In this document: positions 38,701 to 50,310 of the stretch, in pieces | Layout: each line of letters begins with the position of its first letter | Position numbering within the stretch: position 1 is the stretch's first letter | NCBI GenBank assembly: GCA_965637545.1 | Contig: OZ281500.1 | Coordinates: 21,018,001 to 21,082,000 of the forward strand | Length of the DNA: 64,000 nucleotides | Reading direction: 5' to 3' | Origin: Phallusia mammillata | Taxonomy: Eukaryota | Position numbers and translations under genes: made by a program | Notes under the pieces: model-generated | Told to the model about the DNA's origin: nothing | Seen by the model: only the letters and a program-made list of their open reading frames with translations | Databases searched by the model: none

Positions 38701-40809
38701 CTTAAAGGATAAAAACAATTGTTTTCGCATACTGTATTTGCAGTAGTCCATAAATAACATCATGAGTTTAAATTTGCTTTATTCTTTGCGTTGGGTGGAA
38801 AATACACTTAAAACAATGCCATTTTGTTAAACTCTTTGTTTAAATCAGCAGAATCTTTTAAAAAAAATGATAAAAGTGGTAAAAACTTTATTTTATGATT
38901 TGGATTCCTATTCTATTTGATCAACTATGCTTGTACATCTACTGCAGATTTTTGTTTTTACTGTGATATGGTACATGTATAGCTTTAAAACTAACATAAA
39001 AAAATTGTGATTTTTTGCAGTTGTAAGCCTCCGTAAAAAGGTTGATAAGGTAAATCAACATTACACCCTGATTGATCTTTTAGGGAATAGTGAAACAAGA
39101 AAGCGAGCTTTAATAATGGCATATTTATGGTAAGTGTGTGATACCATAATCATTACCCAGGGGTATTGTTATCCTTATGGACTTTCTTTTCTATTTTACA
39201 GGTTTGTCAACAGTTTTATTTATTATGCACTTGCTTTGGCTGCAAGCGACATCAGCGAAAATCTTTACCTCAGTGAGGGTCTGCAAGGACTAGCTGAATT
39301 CCCTGCACTGCTGTTTTGCCTTATCACTATTAACAGAACTTGGTAAGCATTAAAGTACAGTAAACCTTGGTTAAACCGGATTCGGTTAATCCAGATTTTC
39401 ACCTAATTTGAACAAAACTTAAAGGTACATTGTTTTGTAATGTGGTAAGGTATTAACTGATCGATATTAGATACTCTGGATCTTTGCCTAATCTGGACAA
39501 TTTTTTTGGACCAAATGGATCCGGATTAACTGAGGCTTACTGTAGTAATGATATGTGTTGACGCTGTGAATTCATGTTTTAATGTGTGTACATGTAAAGA
39601 CATCTGTAGGTTCTATGTTATCTCAGATTTTATTGCTGATGCTGTGTTTAGTTTATTTAAATAGTTGATGCAAAAGTTGCAACAGGAGTCTTTCTGGCTT
39701 GCATTGATGGTGGTACTTGTATGCCTGAATAGTACAACACAATTTTGTATTTAACTTTCTATCTAACCTTCCACTTATCCATATTTTTGCTGTTAAGGGT
39801 GATATTGCATATAGCCCACCATGTTTGTTTTTGCTTTTTTGTTTGAAGTTTTATTCTTTATTTTCAGGTGTGGTAGAAGACGCTTGTTGGTTATTTGTTT
39901 CACTCTTAGTGGTTTCTTTGCACTTGCAATAATGGCTTTTAGAAGTGAAGGTAATTGGTACACATTTACACTTGATTTAATAGTCAGTATTATGCTGCCG
40001 TCAAGAAAGGATTTAGCATACCAGCTTGGAAGCACTTTCTTATGTCGTTGACTTTTTTTTAGAGAAATCCAGTGGCAAATTTGCTTGTGGTCTATTGGGT
40101 AAGATGATGATCGCAGCCAGTTTCTCTACAGTGTACATATACACACCTGAGCTGTTTCCCACAGTGGTTCGAAATGTGGCCATGGGTTCCGCATCAATGT
40201 CATCAAGAGTTGGAGGAATTCTAGCATCCTTTTCAAAATCCTTGGTAAAATCTTTTAACAGCATATTATATAACTTTTGAAATCCACACACTTTTTTAAC
40301 ATGTTGGCATTTGTTTGAAATGTCCAGATTTCTTTTAACTCTTATCTCGCATACTCTCTGTTTGGTTTTGCTGGAGTCTCTGCTGGTATGCTATCTATTT
40401 TTTTGCCTGAAACTCTGGGTCAAAAACCACCAGACACATTTGAAGATGTGCTGAAGCAATTAAACTCAAGAAAGTTAGGTGGTGTTGATACCCCAGTAAA
40501 AACACTTCTAGGGAATCGTGTTTCGAATGGAAATGATCAAGTGAGTGCTGTATGAATGGTGGTTTAAATAAACTTGAGTTGTTCCTCTGATCATTTATTG
40601 CAAATAAATTTATAAATAGGAAATACTTTTTACATAGAGTAAAATTAGGTGTTGGAGATTTTACCAGAAATTCAATGTGTTTAGATTTCTGCTTTTTACG
40701 TAAACCATGTTTATATGTTGGCTTGGTTAACAGCTTATTTTATGCTTATCAGGTAAAACTTCTTGTCCCATCTGAAAGTGATGGGGATGAAGAAACAGAG
40801 ATTATGTGA
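35792..40809 (+). CDS. SLC22A15: SLC22A15-like transporter, tandem copy B
   Basis: 12 exons with the same phases as copy A: 35792-35878, 36062-36169, 36777-36906, 37362-37526, 37975-38104, 38527-38630, 39021-39129, 39202-39342, 39868-39950, 40063-40244, 40328-40540, 40753-40809(TGA). Same MFS/SLC22 motifs; no in-frame stops seen. Confidence 0.88.
37669..37919 (-). mobile_element. Family 1 tRNA-headed element bounded by ~42-bp inverted repeats
   Basis: ATCATAGTATGCCAGGCTTATTAAAGGCATTATACCGAATCA versus its inverted counterpart at 37878-37919; tRNA head at ~37760-37835. Confidence 0.65.
39358..39542. mobile_element. Tc1/mariner (pogo/Tigger-like) MITE
   Basis: TA|CAGTAAACCTTGGTTAA...TTAACTGAGGCTTACTG|TA with a TA TSD. 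Homologues at 19855-20041 and ~14723-14905; a related short element at 2652-2748. Confidence 0.8.
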
Positions 40810-41986
40810 TTACTTATGATTTGCAGTGTTTTTTTCAACTCCATGACATTTTTTGCATAAGTTTGTTGTGTACACAAATGATTTCCAACACTTGATTCCG
40901 ATGCACCAACTTTTCTTATTTTCACAAAAAAATTGGCCCACACAACCAAATCAATAGTAGAAGATATCCATTTTTGTATTTTAAGTTTTTGCACTATTTC
41001 ACTGAGTAAAAAATACTGTATCGACAAAATTGTGTTTTTATGCAATTGTGCAATGCACTGTAGGTACATCAACTCTGTTGTACCTATGGTATTATGTTGG
41101 TTAGTATTTTGTTAGTTTTTAAGGTGTTATTTGGTACGTTGTCAATTTTGCTTGTGTTTATGTCATAGATATACGTATAATGCAATTTTGTCCCTGAACA
41201 CTTTACCCAGTGTGCATTAGTTTGTAAGCATTGTATCAAAATCAAATCATGAAGTTTAGTGTTGTATTTTTGCACCGTTACTGCCAGTGCCACCTGTACT
41301 TGTTTGTTGTTACAAAAATTTTGCTATTGCCTATATAATATTTTTTCAGCTTACGCATACAAAATTTGTTGCTTTATTGTACGCTTGCACAGCTCTAAAT
41401 TTTTAAATTGTTTCTTTGCCCTTTGTAAATGTGAAGCAAGTAATAAACATAACATTTGATGCACTGAAGTCTATACATCAACTCAGCTGAACCAGAGGTA
41501 ACGGGGTCGGTTCAAACCTATTTTGGCAGACCATACACAGCATCGACTGCTTGTTTTTGTTGTTTACAACGAAAAAGACGCAACAAAATTTAAAGGTGGT
41601 GAAGTTTAACATGTAGATGATTTCATTAATGTGCTTTGTGTTACTACATTTCCTGTTTTTATATTTTTTGTCTGACATTGTTTAATATAAATCAAAAAAT
41701 CGTTATATGCAGTTGATTCAATAATAGTATTATTGTAAATCGGTAAAATAATAATGTATTAATTTGTCAATAGAATACTTAAACATATGTTTTGTATTCT
41801 GTGATGACAAACCTCGCATACGGTATTTCTATGGATATAACTTAAATCCGTGTGAATAATTCTTCAACCACTGTGAAATCGTTTGCGAGAAACAACTTCT
41901 TTTCAAAATTGTTTACTAACAAAGATTTTTCTTCATAGCGACATATTTCTTGAGTTTTTTGTACTCGTGCATGCAGCTACGTGAAA

Positions 41987-43310
41987 ATGAGAGGTGAGTG
42001 AGGTCACGAATAAAGAGTGACACAAACAGCAATAAAACATTCTGTTCTCACAGCTTTTAACAAATTAATAGTATAATGTCAAATAAATAGACTTTATTTC
42101 GAAAATTCTTGGCTGCCAATTTAAGTTTTTTTACAACTATAAACGAATAGGCTTTATTACCTGACTTTTTAGAATGTTATGTCTTGGGGTGGTACTAAAT
42201 ACCGTATGTGACCGCATGTTATTCTGCTTAAAATACTGCATTGTATGTGAAATGTGGAAATACAAGCCCAATGAGGGTAAAATAAACCGGATTCCAGTGT
42301 AATTTTATTTACAAACCCTCACCCAACCCGAATAGCTCTAACCGTTAGCGTTTCCAAAAGTCCGCAAAATTATATTTTCATAAAAGCATATTCAAGTCCT
42401 TTACAACTTCCTGTCATGTGATAACATGTGGTATACCATGCGGTCACATGTGCTATTTGGTACCACTGTTATGTCTTGTACTGCTTTATTTACAGGCTAT
42501 TCAAGCAAACCAGTTCTGTCGTCACTACCACTACAAATCTTCTATGAATTAAACTCCTATTACTTTGGTCTATTTTTTGTGGCAGAAATACTTTTGTTTG
42601 TTTATAAGGTACGTAAATGAAATCATGTTTTCTCTGAAACCTCCTAAATGTTTTTTTTTACATGTTTTACAGGCGGAAATGTTGTATTACCCCTCACAAA
42701 CTCTTGGAATAGACTTGGGACTGCTTTTTGTTTTGACATTTCTGGAAATGTTGCGCCTGTTTGTTGGTACCCTCATATAAGTAAAAGTGATTTGCTTTTA
42801 GACTTTCTAATCAAACATTTGGTTCAGGTTCTAAAGGAAATCTGACTGAACGAACATTGACTTCATTGTTTTCTGTTTTTCTTTTGGCGGTGTCTGCAGC
42901 ATTGGTGGTGTATTTTTTATTATGGCAGACCTTTGTGCTGAGAATTGACTTGGTTTTATGTGGAATCCTGTTGTTTCTCCATCTTCTACAATTTGTTTTT
43001 TCACTAATTGCCACAATATCCTTTATTAGGTGAGTAAACAATGAAAGTTACACATATTAAATTTGACATAAAGTTGGGGTACAAATTGGAATAGCATAGA
43101 CTCAAAAATTTGAGTTTTTTTATTTTATTTTTCCAACTCCTGGTTTATTACTAAAGTACAACCAACAAATTGTAATAATCTTAAAACACAAAAGTTCATG
43201 AGCAATGTTTTAATTATACCATTTATTTTGTGTGCACAATATTAACCAAGACTATCAAAGCTAAATGCATTGAAATATTGTTTTGCTCTTACAGTTCCTC
43301 AGAAGTGTGA
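41987..43310 (+). CDS. TMEM216/TMEM80 family (Transmemb_17) ciliary transition-zone protein, copy 1
   Basis: Exons 41987-41993 (ATGAGAG|gtgagt, tentative), 42496-42608, 42673-42766, 42828-43029, 43295-43310(TGA). Protein VLSSLPLQIFYELNSYYFGLFF...YKAEMLYYP...LEMLRLFVGSKGNLTER...LLWQTFVLRID matches the family signature LSSxPLQ / GxxGNL / WQTYVL. AATAAA at ~43416. Confidence 0.87.
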
Positions 43311-44264
43311 TGGATACCAAGTAATTTTGACAATACCTTACATGCTCTTGCTCACGATGATGATCGACAAGTTGAAAACACTGTGCCTGATTATTTTATA
43401 TAACATATATTTTGTAATAAAATGTACAATACTTTTGTAAAGAGGCACTTTTTATATTTACCCTTATTTGGTTAGTGCGTTGTGCTCAGAATGATTTTGC
43501 CGTTATGTTGCTGCAACTTGCTGGTCCTTTGTGCCATTTTATTTTTCGCTGGTTGTGTTGGTGACTTTTCTCTTACCTGATGGAGAGTTCAACATGCCGT
43601 TTCACCTGACTGGAGTAATTCCTTGCTCAGGAAAAAACAAGTGGCAAAGACATGATTCGATCCCATAACCTTTTTTGAAAGCAGAATTTATAAAAGTTGT
43701 CCAAAGTCTGATCCATGAGTGCCAAACTCCGATACATATCCAAACCGTCCACAGTTTCAGTAAAATAACCAGTGTGGGTGCAGTTTAAACACTGTTTTTT
43801 TGTGTGCAAATGTGTTACAATGATGGACTATATCGACAATTATCTTTACAACCTACATCTGGAATATTGTGTCTCCTAGTAACGTGTTGTATCTGTGATA
43901 AAGTAAGCAACCGCTTTACGTTGAATTGCTTGGTACATGTATTAACAAAAACACTGGGTCGTAACGAGAAGTAGTCTCCAGTTAGCCACAAAATAGTGGC
44001 AGTTAACGCTAGCCGTCTAACAACGTTGTGTTTCCGTTTTCCGCAAACCTTGCCATTAAAAACGTAAAATGGCAAAAACAAAGCGGTTCTCCGATATTGT
44101 TTACCACTTAATAAATGCGGATGTCCCAAAATATGTAGAAAAGTTTTTGCTGTAGCGAAAAGACCTTTAGTCATGCGTGACCAACCCAAGCAGTTGAAAT
44201 TTTTGTACCGTTTGCATTTCTAGTACCGTATTCTATATTTGTTTTCTTTTTGTTCCTATGAATC

Positions 44265-45193
44265 ATGCAAGGTACGTTGACCTTTGCTTCTTATTTTGTA
44301 TCTTTGAATCTACTTTCGAATTTTTTTTTATTAATATTCTGACATTTAGGTAAACCGCCTCGATCGTCTTTGCCTCTACAAATACTATTAAGTGCAAATG
44401 CTTACTATTTTGCCTTGTTTTTTCTTGGAGAAGTGGCTTTGCTCGTTTACAAGGTATGCTTTGCACTTTTTGTTGTACTTAATCACTGACTATTTTGTGA
44501 AACTACAACATTTTAATTGGGAATTGTACTTTATAAAACTATTTTGTTGTAGAATGAAATTTTGCCATACAGCGACAGCATGCTGGCCTTAGATGTCATT
44601 TTATTGCTAATTCTTGGTGCATTGGAAATACTTTGGATTTTTCTTGGTAAGCTTCAGTTGAAACCCTTGTTTTAAAAAAATCGAATGCCCCAAAAAGCTA
44701 GACATAAGGTACATTGTATTTCGATTTTTTTTGCCCATATTTTGTTGTTTTGAAAGCAGACAAGTAATTTGGCTAGTTCTGCCTATAAATGACATTATTT
44801 AGCACATCAATATCGAACTGTTTCTGCATGTCGATTAAATTATTATTATTTTTCTAAAGTTATGTTCATACTGTGCATGTGCCAAAGGATACTGTATTAA
44901 AAAAATATCATCTTTTTAGGGGGAAATGGAAATTTGTCTGAACAACCAGGAACTCTCATATTTTCTTTGATTACACTTGTTATTGCCATGGTTGGTGTTT
45001 TGTACTATATTTTCTGGCAAACCTATGTAATGCCTATTGATGAGATCATTTGTGGAATCCTTCTTGGCATACATGGTTTTCAAATTATCTTTTCATTAGT
45101 TGCTCTTAGTTCTTTTACAAGGTGAGTGAGGTATACATTATTATTTTAAGCTCAAGTAAAGTATCATTTTTATTTCATTACAGATCCTACTGA
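44265..45193 (+). CDS. TMEM216/TMEM80 family protein, copy 2
   Basis: Exons 44265-44271 (ATGCAAG|gtacgt), 44350-44453, 44553-44646, 44920-45121, 45184-45193(TGA), the same intron phases as copy 1. Protein RSSLPLQILL...YKNEILPY...LDVILLL...GGNGNLSEQ...FWQTYVMPID...SSFTRSY*. AATAAA at ~45256. Confidence 0.87.
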
Positions 45194-45809
45194 AATCATG
45201 ATGACTTTAAGTGACATTTTTTACTTACTTTTGTATATACTTTCACTGTGCATAGAATAAAACTACAATATTTTCCTAATATCTGGTGTATTGGTTCTAC
45301 AAGACAATGGCTGTATACGGGTGGTTTTCAGCTTGCATATAAAAGCTATACTACCCGTAGTCTCTCCCTACCATATCTGGTATTCCATGTAACCCTTTAA
45401 AGGGCCCTTTTTACCTGTGTCACTCTCTTTCACAATTTACCTTTCCAAGAAATTGATACATGGCACAGGACAGAGCCCTTAAATGGTTTGTGTTCAGAGA
45501 AGAGTGTGCAATTGCTGCTCTAAATGGTATGTATGGTTGATGTGATGGACAGGGTGTTTGCAATTAAATCTTGGTGTTTTTTTTGTACAACATAACGAAC
45601 TATTTAACTATTTGTATTTCACTGACTTCAAATGCTGTCTGGCTTTAACTTAAGCAGTTTTAAAGTTGTATTTGGAAGACGAAAATTTTGTGGGTAAAAT
45701 AATTTTGCTACACCAAGGACCACACACAACCTTACAAAAGAGTGTGACACATATAAGTTAATTTACAAACACCATAATCATTCTGGACACGACTGTTAAA
45801 AGTCTGCTA

Positions 45810-48800
45810 TTATTTTGCTTCTTCATCATTCTTGTAATGTGACAAAACCCTAGCGCTCGGGTCATCACATTCAATCCACTTTGGCATCCATTGATAAGGA
45901 ATAAGCTTTGCAAGCTTTGATCCAAATCTGTTCTCAAATACGGATCTGTAATAATATGCTTCCTTGCTTCGTGGTGTGTTGTGTGGAAAGGTTTGGGCAG
46001 CGTTCTCCATTTGTTCATCAGTCACCTTGTAAAATCATTGATTTTATTAAAGGTTTTGTGCACTTTTTTGTGACATACTTCTTTTTTAAATCGTTGCTAC
46101 GTCCCTGCTCCAGTCATTTTGACTGATAACGACCTTTGATATCTTATACTGGCAGAGACAGTGAAAAAAATCAGAAAAAAGGCGTTTATTGATCATCTAC
46201 TTTTTAGGTTTGCTTTAAGTTGTCCACTTGTCATAGTCTGCATACCTAAATACTATTTCACGCATTTCTAACCTTATCTTCGATGTGGTCCTGAAGGATT
46301 TCGTACCACGATTTCTTTCTTGAAGACACACCGTCACTAAACGCTTCTTTGCTTCTCCATAAGATTTCATTGGGAAGTAAACCAGTTCCATCGAAGGCCG
46401 AACGTACCAAGTGTTTTTCCATTCCATCCTAACAGTTTCATTGATTTAATTTCATGAAAAACAGTAAGTCATTCGTCCTCGAGTTTTTAAGATATATACG
46501 AACATATATTACGCTCCACATTTATAATTGCGGACAATTTTCAACAAACGATGCACCCGCATATAGTGTAACCAATATGCATTGTACACGATGTTATTGA
46601 ATAGGAAGTGTTTTTCATACACCTTTACCTTGGGCATTCTCATATCTGCCGGTAGTGATAAGAAATACGAAGTAAATGCGTGATCAAGAAATGGAGCTCG
46701 AACTTCCAAACCATGTGATGCTGTACTTCGGTCCGTTCGCAAAACGTCGTACATGTACAAGTCCGTCAATAAACGTCTTTAAATACGAGAAAATCGTGGG
46801 TTACAACTATTTCTGTTTTAAAATAAAACCATGAAAATATCACTCTTACTTGCTCTCTTTGTCGCCCTCTTCCGGCGACGGTTGTTTATGGAAATAAATG
46901 TAGCCTTGTGCAAGCTCGTCGGCGCCCTCTCCTGACATAATTACAATCGTGTCGGTCTCGTTGCTGATGTACTTTGCCAGTAAATACATTGCTGCAGGAA
47001 AAATCACCACGGTATTATTTTTTGTCATGTTCGTTGACAGTCAAGTTTCTTACGCGTCGACGCTCTCACGGTCGTGACGTCATAGCTCTCCAGCGCATAG
47101 ATGACGTCATCAACAGCTTGTAGACCCTCATCTTCTGTGATGGTTACTTCGTGGTGTTCGCTTCCTATGTGAGCAGCCACCTAAGTGCATAAATATTGTG
47201 TAAAAATAGCTGTAAGAAACACCACAAAGCCACTATTTGGGTTTGATTTTTTTTTGTTAATATGTGGGGCCGTGGTATATATGCATTGACGTTTTACCTT
47301 TCTTGCGGCAATAACATCAGGGCTTTGTCCCATTCCGATAGAAAACGTAGGAAGTTTTAGTGAGGAATTTTCCTTTTTAATTTCTCCTGCAGCGATAGCA
47401 GCGACCAATGACGAATCCAAACCACCTGGTGATAAAAAATACGTGAAGAAATTGTCAACCAAGTTCTTCTGAGCGTCCTTTTAAAAAATGTGGCACTGTA
47501 ACGCTTTTACGAAGTTCGTGTGTTAAAGAAAACAATGGTGTAAATTTTTCATAAGATGCCAAGGGGTCTACAATAATGCAAGCATTACCTGATAAAAGAC
47601 TTCCAAGTTTTCTCGAAGACATCAGACGTTTTTTGACGGCGCTGCAAAATAATGTCCGAATATTTTTCTTCACTGTTTCGCAATCGAAACCTGAAATAAC
47701 AACAAAAATCAGTAAAAGATGGCTTGTATTTCATATAAGCTTCTACAAATTAACCATTAGGATGGTTGCAATCTTTTGCTCTGGTCGTGTTTGATGCAGT
47801 CGCCAATTATGTTATACTATTTTGGTAGGAACCATAAAGCTAAGCTATTTTTGCTTTGAAAACATCTTAATTGAACCAACCTTTTTCAAGTTGTATTCTC
47901 TGATACTTCCAGTGCAGTGGGTCGTCAACAAAGGAATGAAACTGTTTCTTTGTCTCCAAGCTCAATTTTCCATCTTTTGATACGTCATAGACGTTGTAAT
48001 GAGCAGGGGGGAATGGCTCGAAAAATTGTTGCACGCCATTTTGACCCTTCGTTATGTCAATCAGCCCTAAATATATACATATAATATATATTTAACAATG
48101 TGAGAGTGTGGAATGAAAGCAACGAACATCTAAGGATTTAACGTCGCAAATAAAGTCAAAACTAAAAAAGGCATACCCTTGGCTTCAGAGCAAGCACCAA
48201 TTTGTCCAGTCGTTGTAGCAAAATAGAACATTGGTCTGACGCCATACGTGTCACGTGCAAGTATAACTTTACGCCTCCTGCTGTCGACAATAATGATTGC
48301 AAAAACTCCATCCAACAAGGCGCACGTTTTCTACAAAGCAAAAATGAGGTTAATGTATTTGCTTCCTGAACGAAAACCCAATTGCACCCAAACCATCACC
48401 AAGTCGCAAATAGCTGTGCAAAGATTGGCACAGAGTGAAAAAAACTGGAACTGTTCTTTTTTAAGTTATTGGTTAACCCGTTTGTATGAGTGTATGAAAA
48501 TATGAAGATGTTAGCATCTTACTTCAATACCAAACTTGTTGTAGAGATGAAGAATTATTTCGCAATCCGATTCCGTCTCGTAATCAAAACCAAATTCCTC
48601 TGTCAACTGCAAACATTACAACATATAGATTAAGCACAAATCACACCTCATCAAATTACTGTGAAATTAAACTTCAAAGTAAAGCTTTTTAGTGCAACGA
48701 CCACTTTAAAAATAAAAATCAGGGCTTTGGGTCGCTATAAAGCAGAGAAAATAATTCTTACCAGATAATGAAACAAGAGACAAAGCGCATTTTTCAATTT

Positions 48801-49384
48801 TTTACTGTAAATATAAAACTTACTCGTTTGTAGTTGTAGATTTCTCCGTTGCATAGCAATGTAAGATGGGGGTAGGCCTGTATTCTCATTGGCTGCAAAG
48901 ATATACATGTTACTGGATAATTGCTCCAAGCTGTAGAAAACTTGACTATAGTGCTTAAAACAGTACCAACCACCACAAAAAATAAATCTTACAACAGATT
49001 TGCAAGTTGGCGCAAAAATACCACCTGCAGGGAAAATCTCAAGATAGAAATCATGCGCTCTAATTGTATTATTGGTTATTAAAAAATCACAGTTTTAAGG
49101 TGCGGCTTTCTGTTGGAATTTACGTGCTAATTTGGTGATTAACCTTTAACCCACAAATTGTTGTAATCAGCGGATTGTACTTGTAATAATTACATAAGTA
49201 ATACCTGCATGCCGTTGACACCACCTACTATAGCAAGTCGGTAAAATGCCACGGTGCACGTTTTCATCGAGCTGACATTTTGTAGCTGGAAGTTATCCGG
49301 TCCTCGGTGAGCGATTTTGAATCCACTTGTGAAAAGGTCAACTTCACTGGGGTCAAAACCGAATATACCCCAAATTCCACACAT
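45810..49384 (-). CDS. ASNS: Asparagine synthetase (glutamine-hydrolysing), copy 1
   Basis: 12 coding exons (minus): 49384-49205, 48892-48824, 48606-48523, 48330-48177, 48066-47881, 47690-47589, 47425-47298, 47180-47054, 46991-46850, 46776-46629, 46428-46273, 46025-45810. Motifs: MCGIW (Ntn catalytic Cys), [57 protein letters not shown]. Confidence 0.95.
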
Positions 49385-49525
49385 GGTTGTAAAATGTACT
49401 ATACTAAACGAAAAAAATCTTTAGTGAAAACTGTACTAAAAAAATAGTAAAATTTTCATCTGAATAAGTCAAATGTATTTTTATGTTGACTAAGTATTGC
49501 TCATCCAGCAGTTTTATTGTAAACA

Positions 49526-49567
49526 ATCGACGTTTCGACGTCCTATACAAGACGCCTTCATCAGGAT
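49526..49567 (-). ncRNA. Penelope-type minimal hammerhead ribozyme in the inferred 5'-UTR intron of ASNS copy 1
   Basis: ATC-CTGATGA-A-GGCGTCTT(GTAT)AGGACGTC-GAAACGTC^GAT, followed by AATAAAACTGCTGG. The GAAACGUC minimal stem III is characteristic of hammerheads associated with Penelope-like elements. Confidence 0.7.
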
Positions 49568-50084
49568 AATGACATAACTTGCAGGACTAGCTTATTTCGT
49601 ATTTTTATGTTGTTTACTGGTCTGTAACTTGCATTTTCAATTCTATCTCTTTGTTTGTTTTATCATTCTCTCCTTAAGTTTATTACAAAGTTAGTCAGTT
49701 AGGTCACTTCAAGTCAAGTAACATGAACATAATTATGATTGTACTTCCTCTTTGCTGTTACAGTTCTACATTTGCGACGTAGTTTTCAGTTTATTTACAT
49801 CTACACGTCATATTCAAAACAATACACGCCCAAACGGATACAATACCAGCATAATACCGTTAGCCGTTAGCATGTTGTAAACTCTCAAAAGCCTACACAT
49901 TATATCATTTGTGCTTTTTACTTCAGCTTATAAATGGTTGACGTTTAGTTGCATACGGTTTAAAGGACAATGACAGTTAGATAACCTGTTTTAATTGTAA
50001 TTTCCACGAGCAAACAAAGACTGTACATAGGAATCTACAAACCTATGTACTCCTATAGCATTAACTGATACAGTACGCACTCAC

Positions 50085-50310
50085 ATTCTAACTCTATACT
50101 GTTATCAAACTAAAACATAACTGAATAAACTTATATTGTTTTAATCATCATAAACCATGAGATGTAACACGTTGTACTAGTGAACCCATTGAGTTAATGT
50201 TTTTTACATATAAGCCTCTGGGCGCTTATTCTCTATTGCGTCAGCGACGCCGCCGGGCCACCACGTCACAGACAACCAAGCGCCGTGTGAAAACTGTAGA
50301 CGTGACGCCG
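50085..50310 (-). promoter_or_regulatory. Putative ASNS copy 1 promoter and non-coding first exon
   Basis: Minus strand order: TGACGTGG (50261-50268), TGACGCAAT (50235-50243), TATA-like TTATATGTAAA (~50203-50213), donor GTGAGT at 50084, acceptor TTTAG at 49404, 19 nt before the ATG. Confidence 0.55.

Noticed and set aside
29129-40809. Tandem SLC22 and ASNS copies as uncollapsed haplotypes or pseudogenes
   Set aside because: Introns are largely unalignable and many exons carry numerous substitutions, while all reading frames and splice sites are intact.
43627-44189. Minus-strand ORFs (60 aa and 124 aa) between the TMEM copies as a hidden gene
   Set aside because: Non-ATG starts, no recognisable domain and no consistent exon chain. 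A divergent non-coding transcript cannot be excluded.
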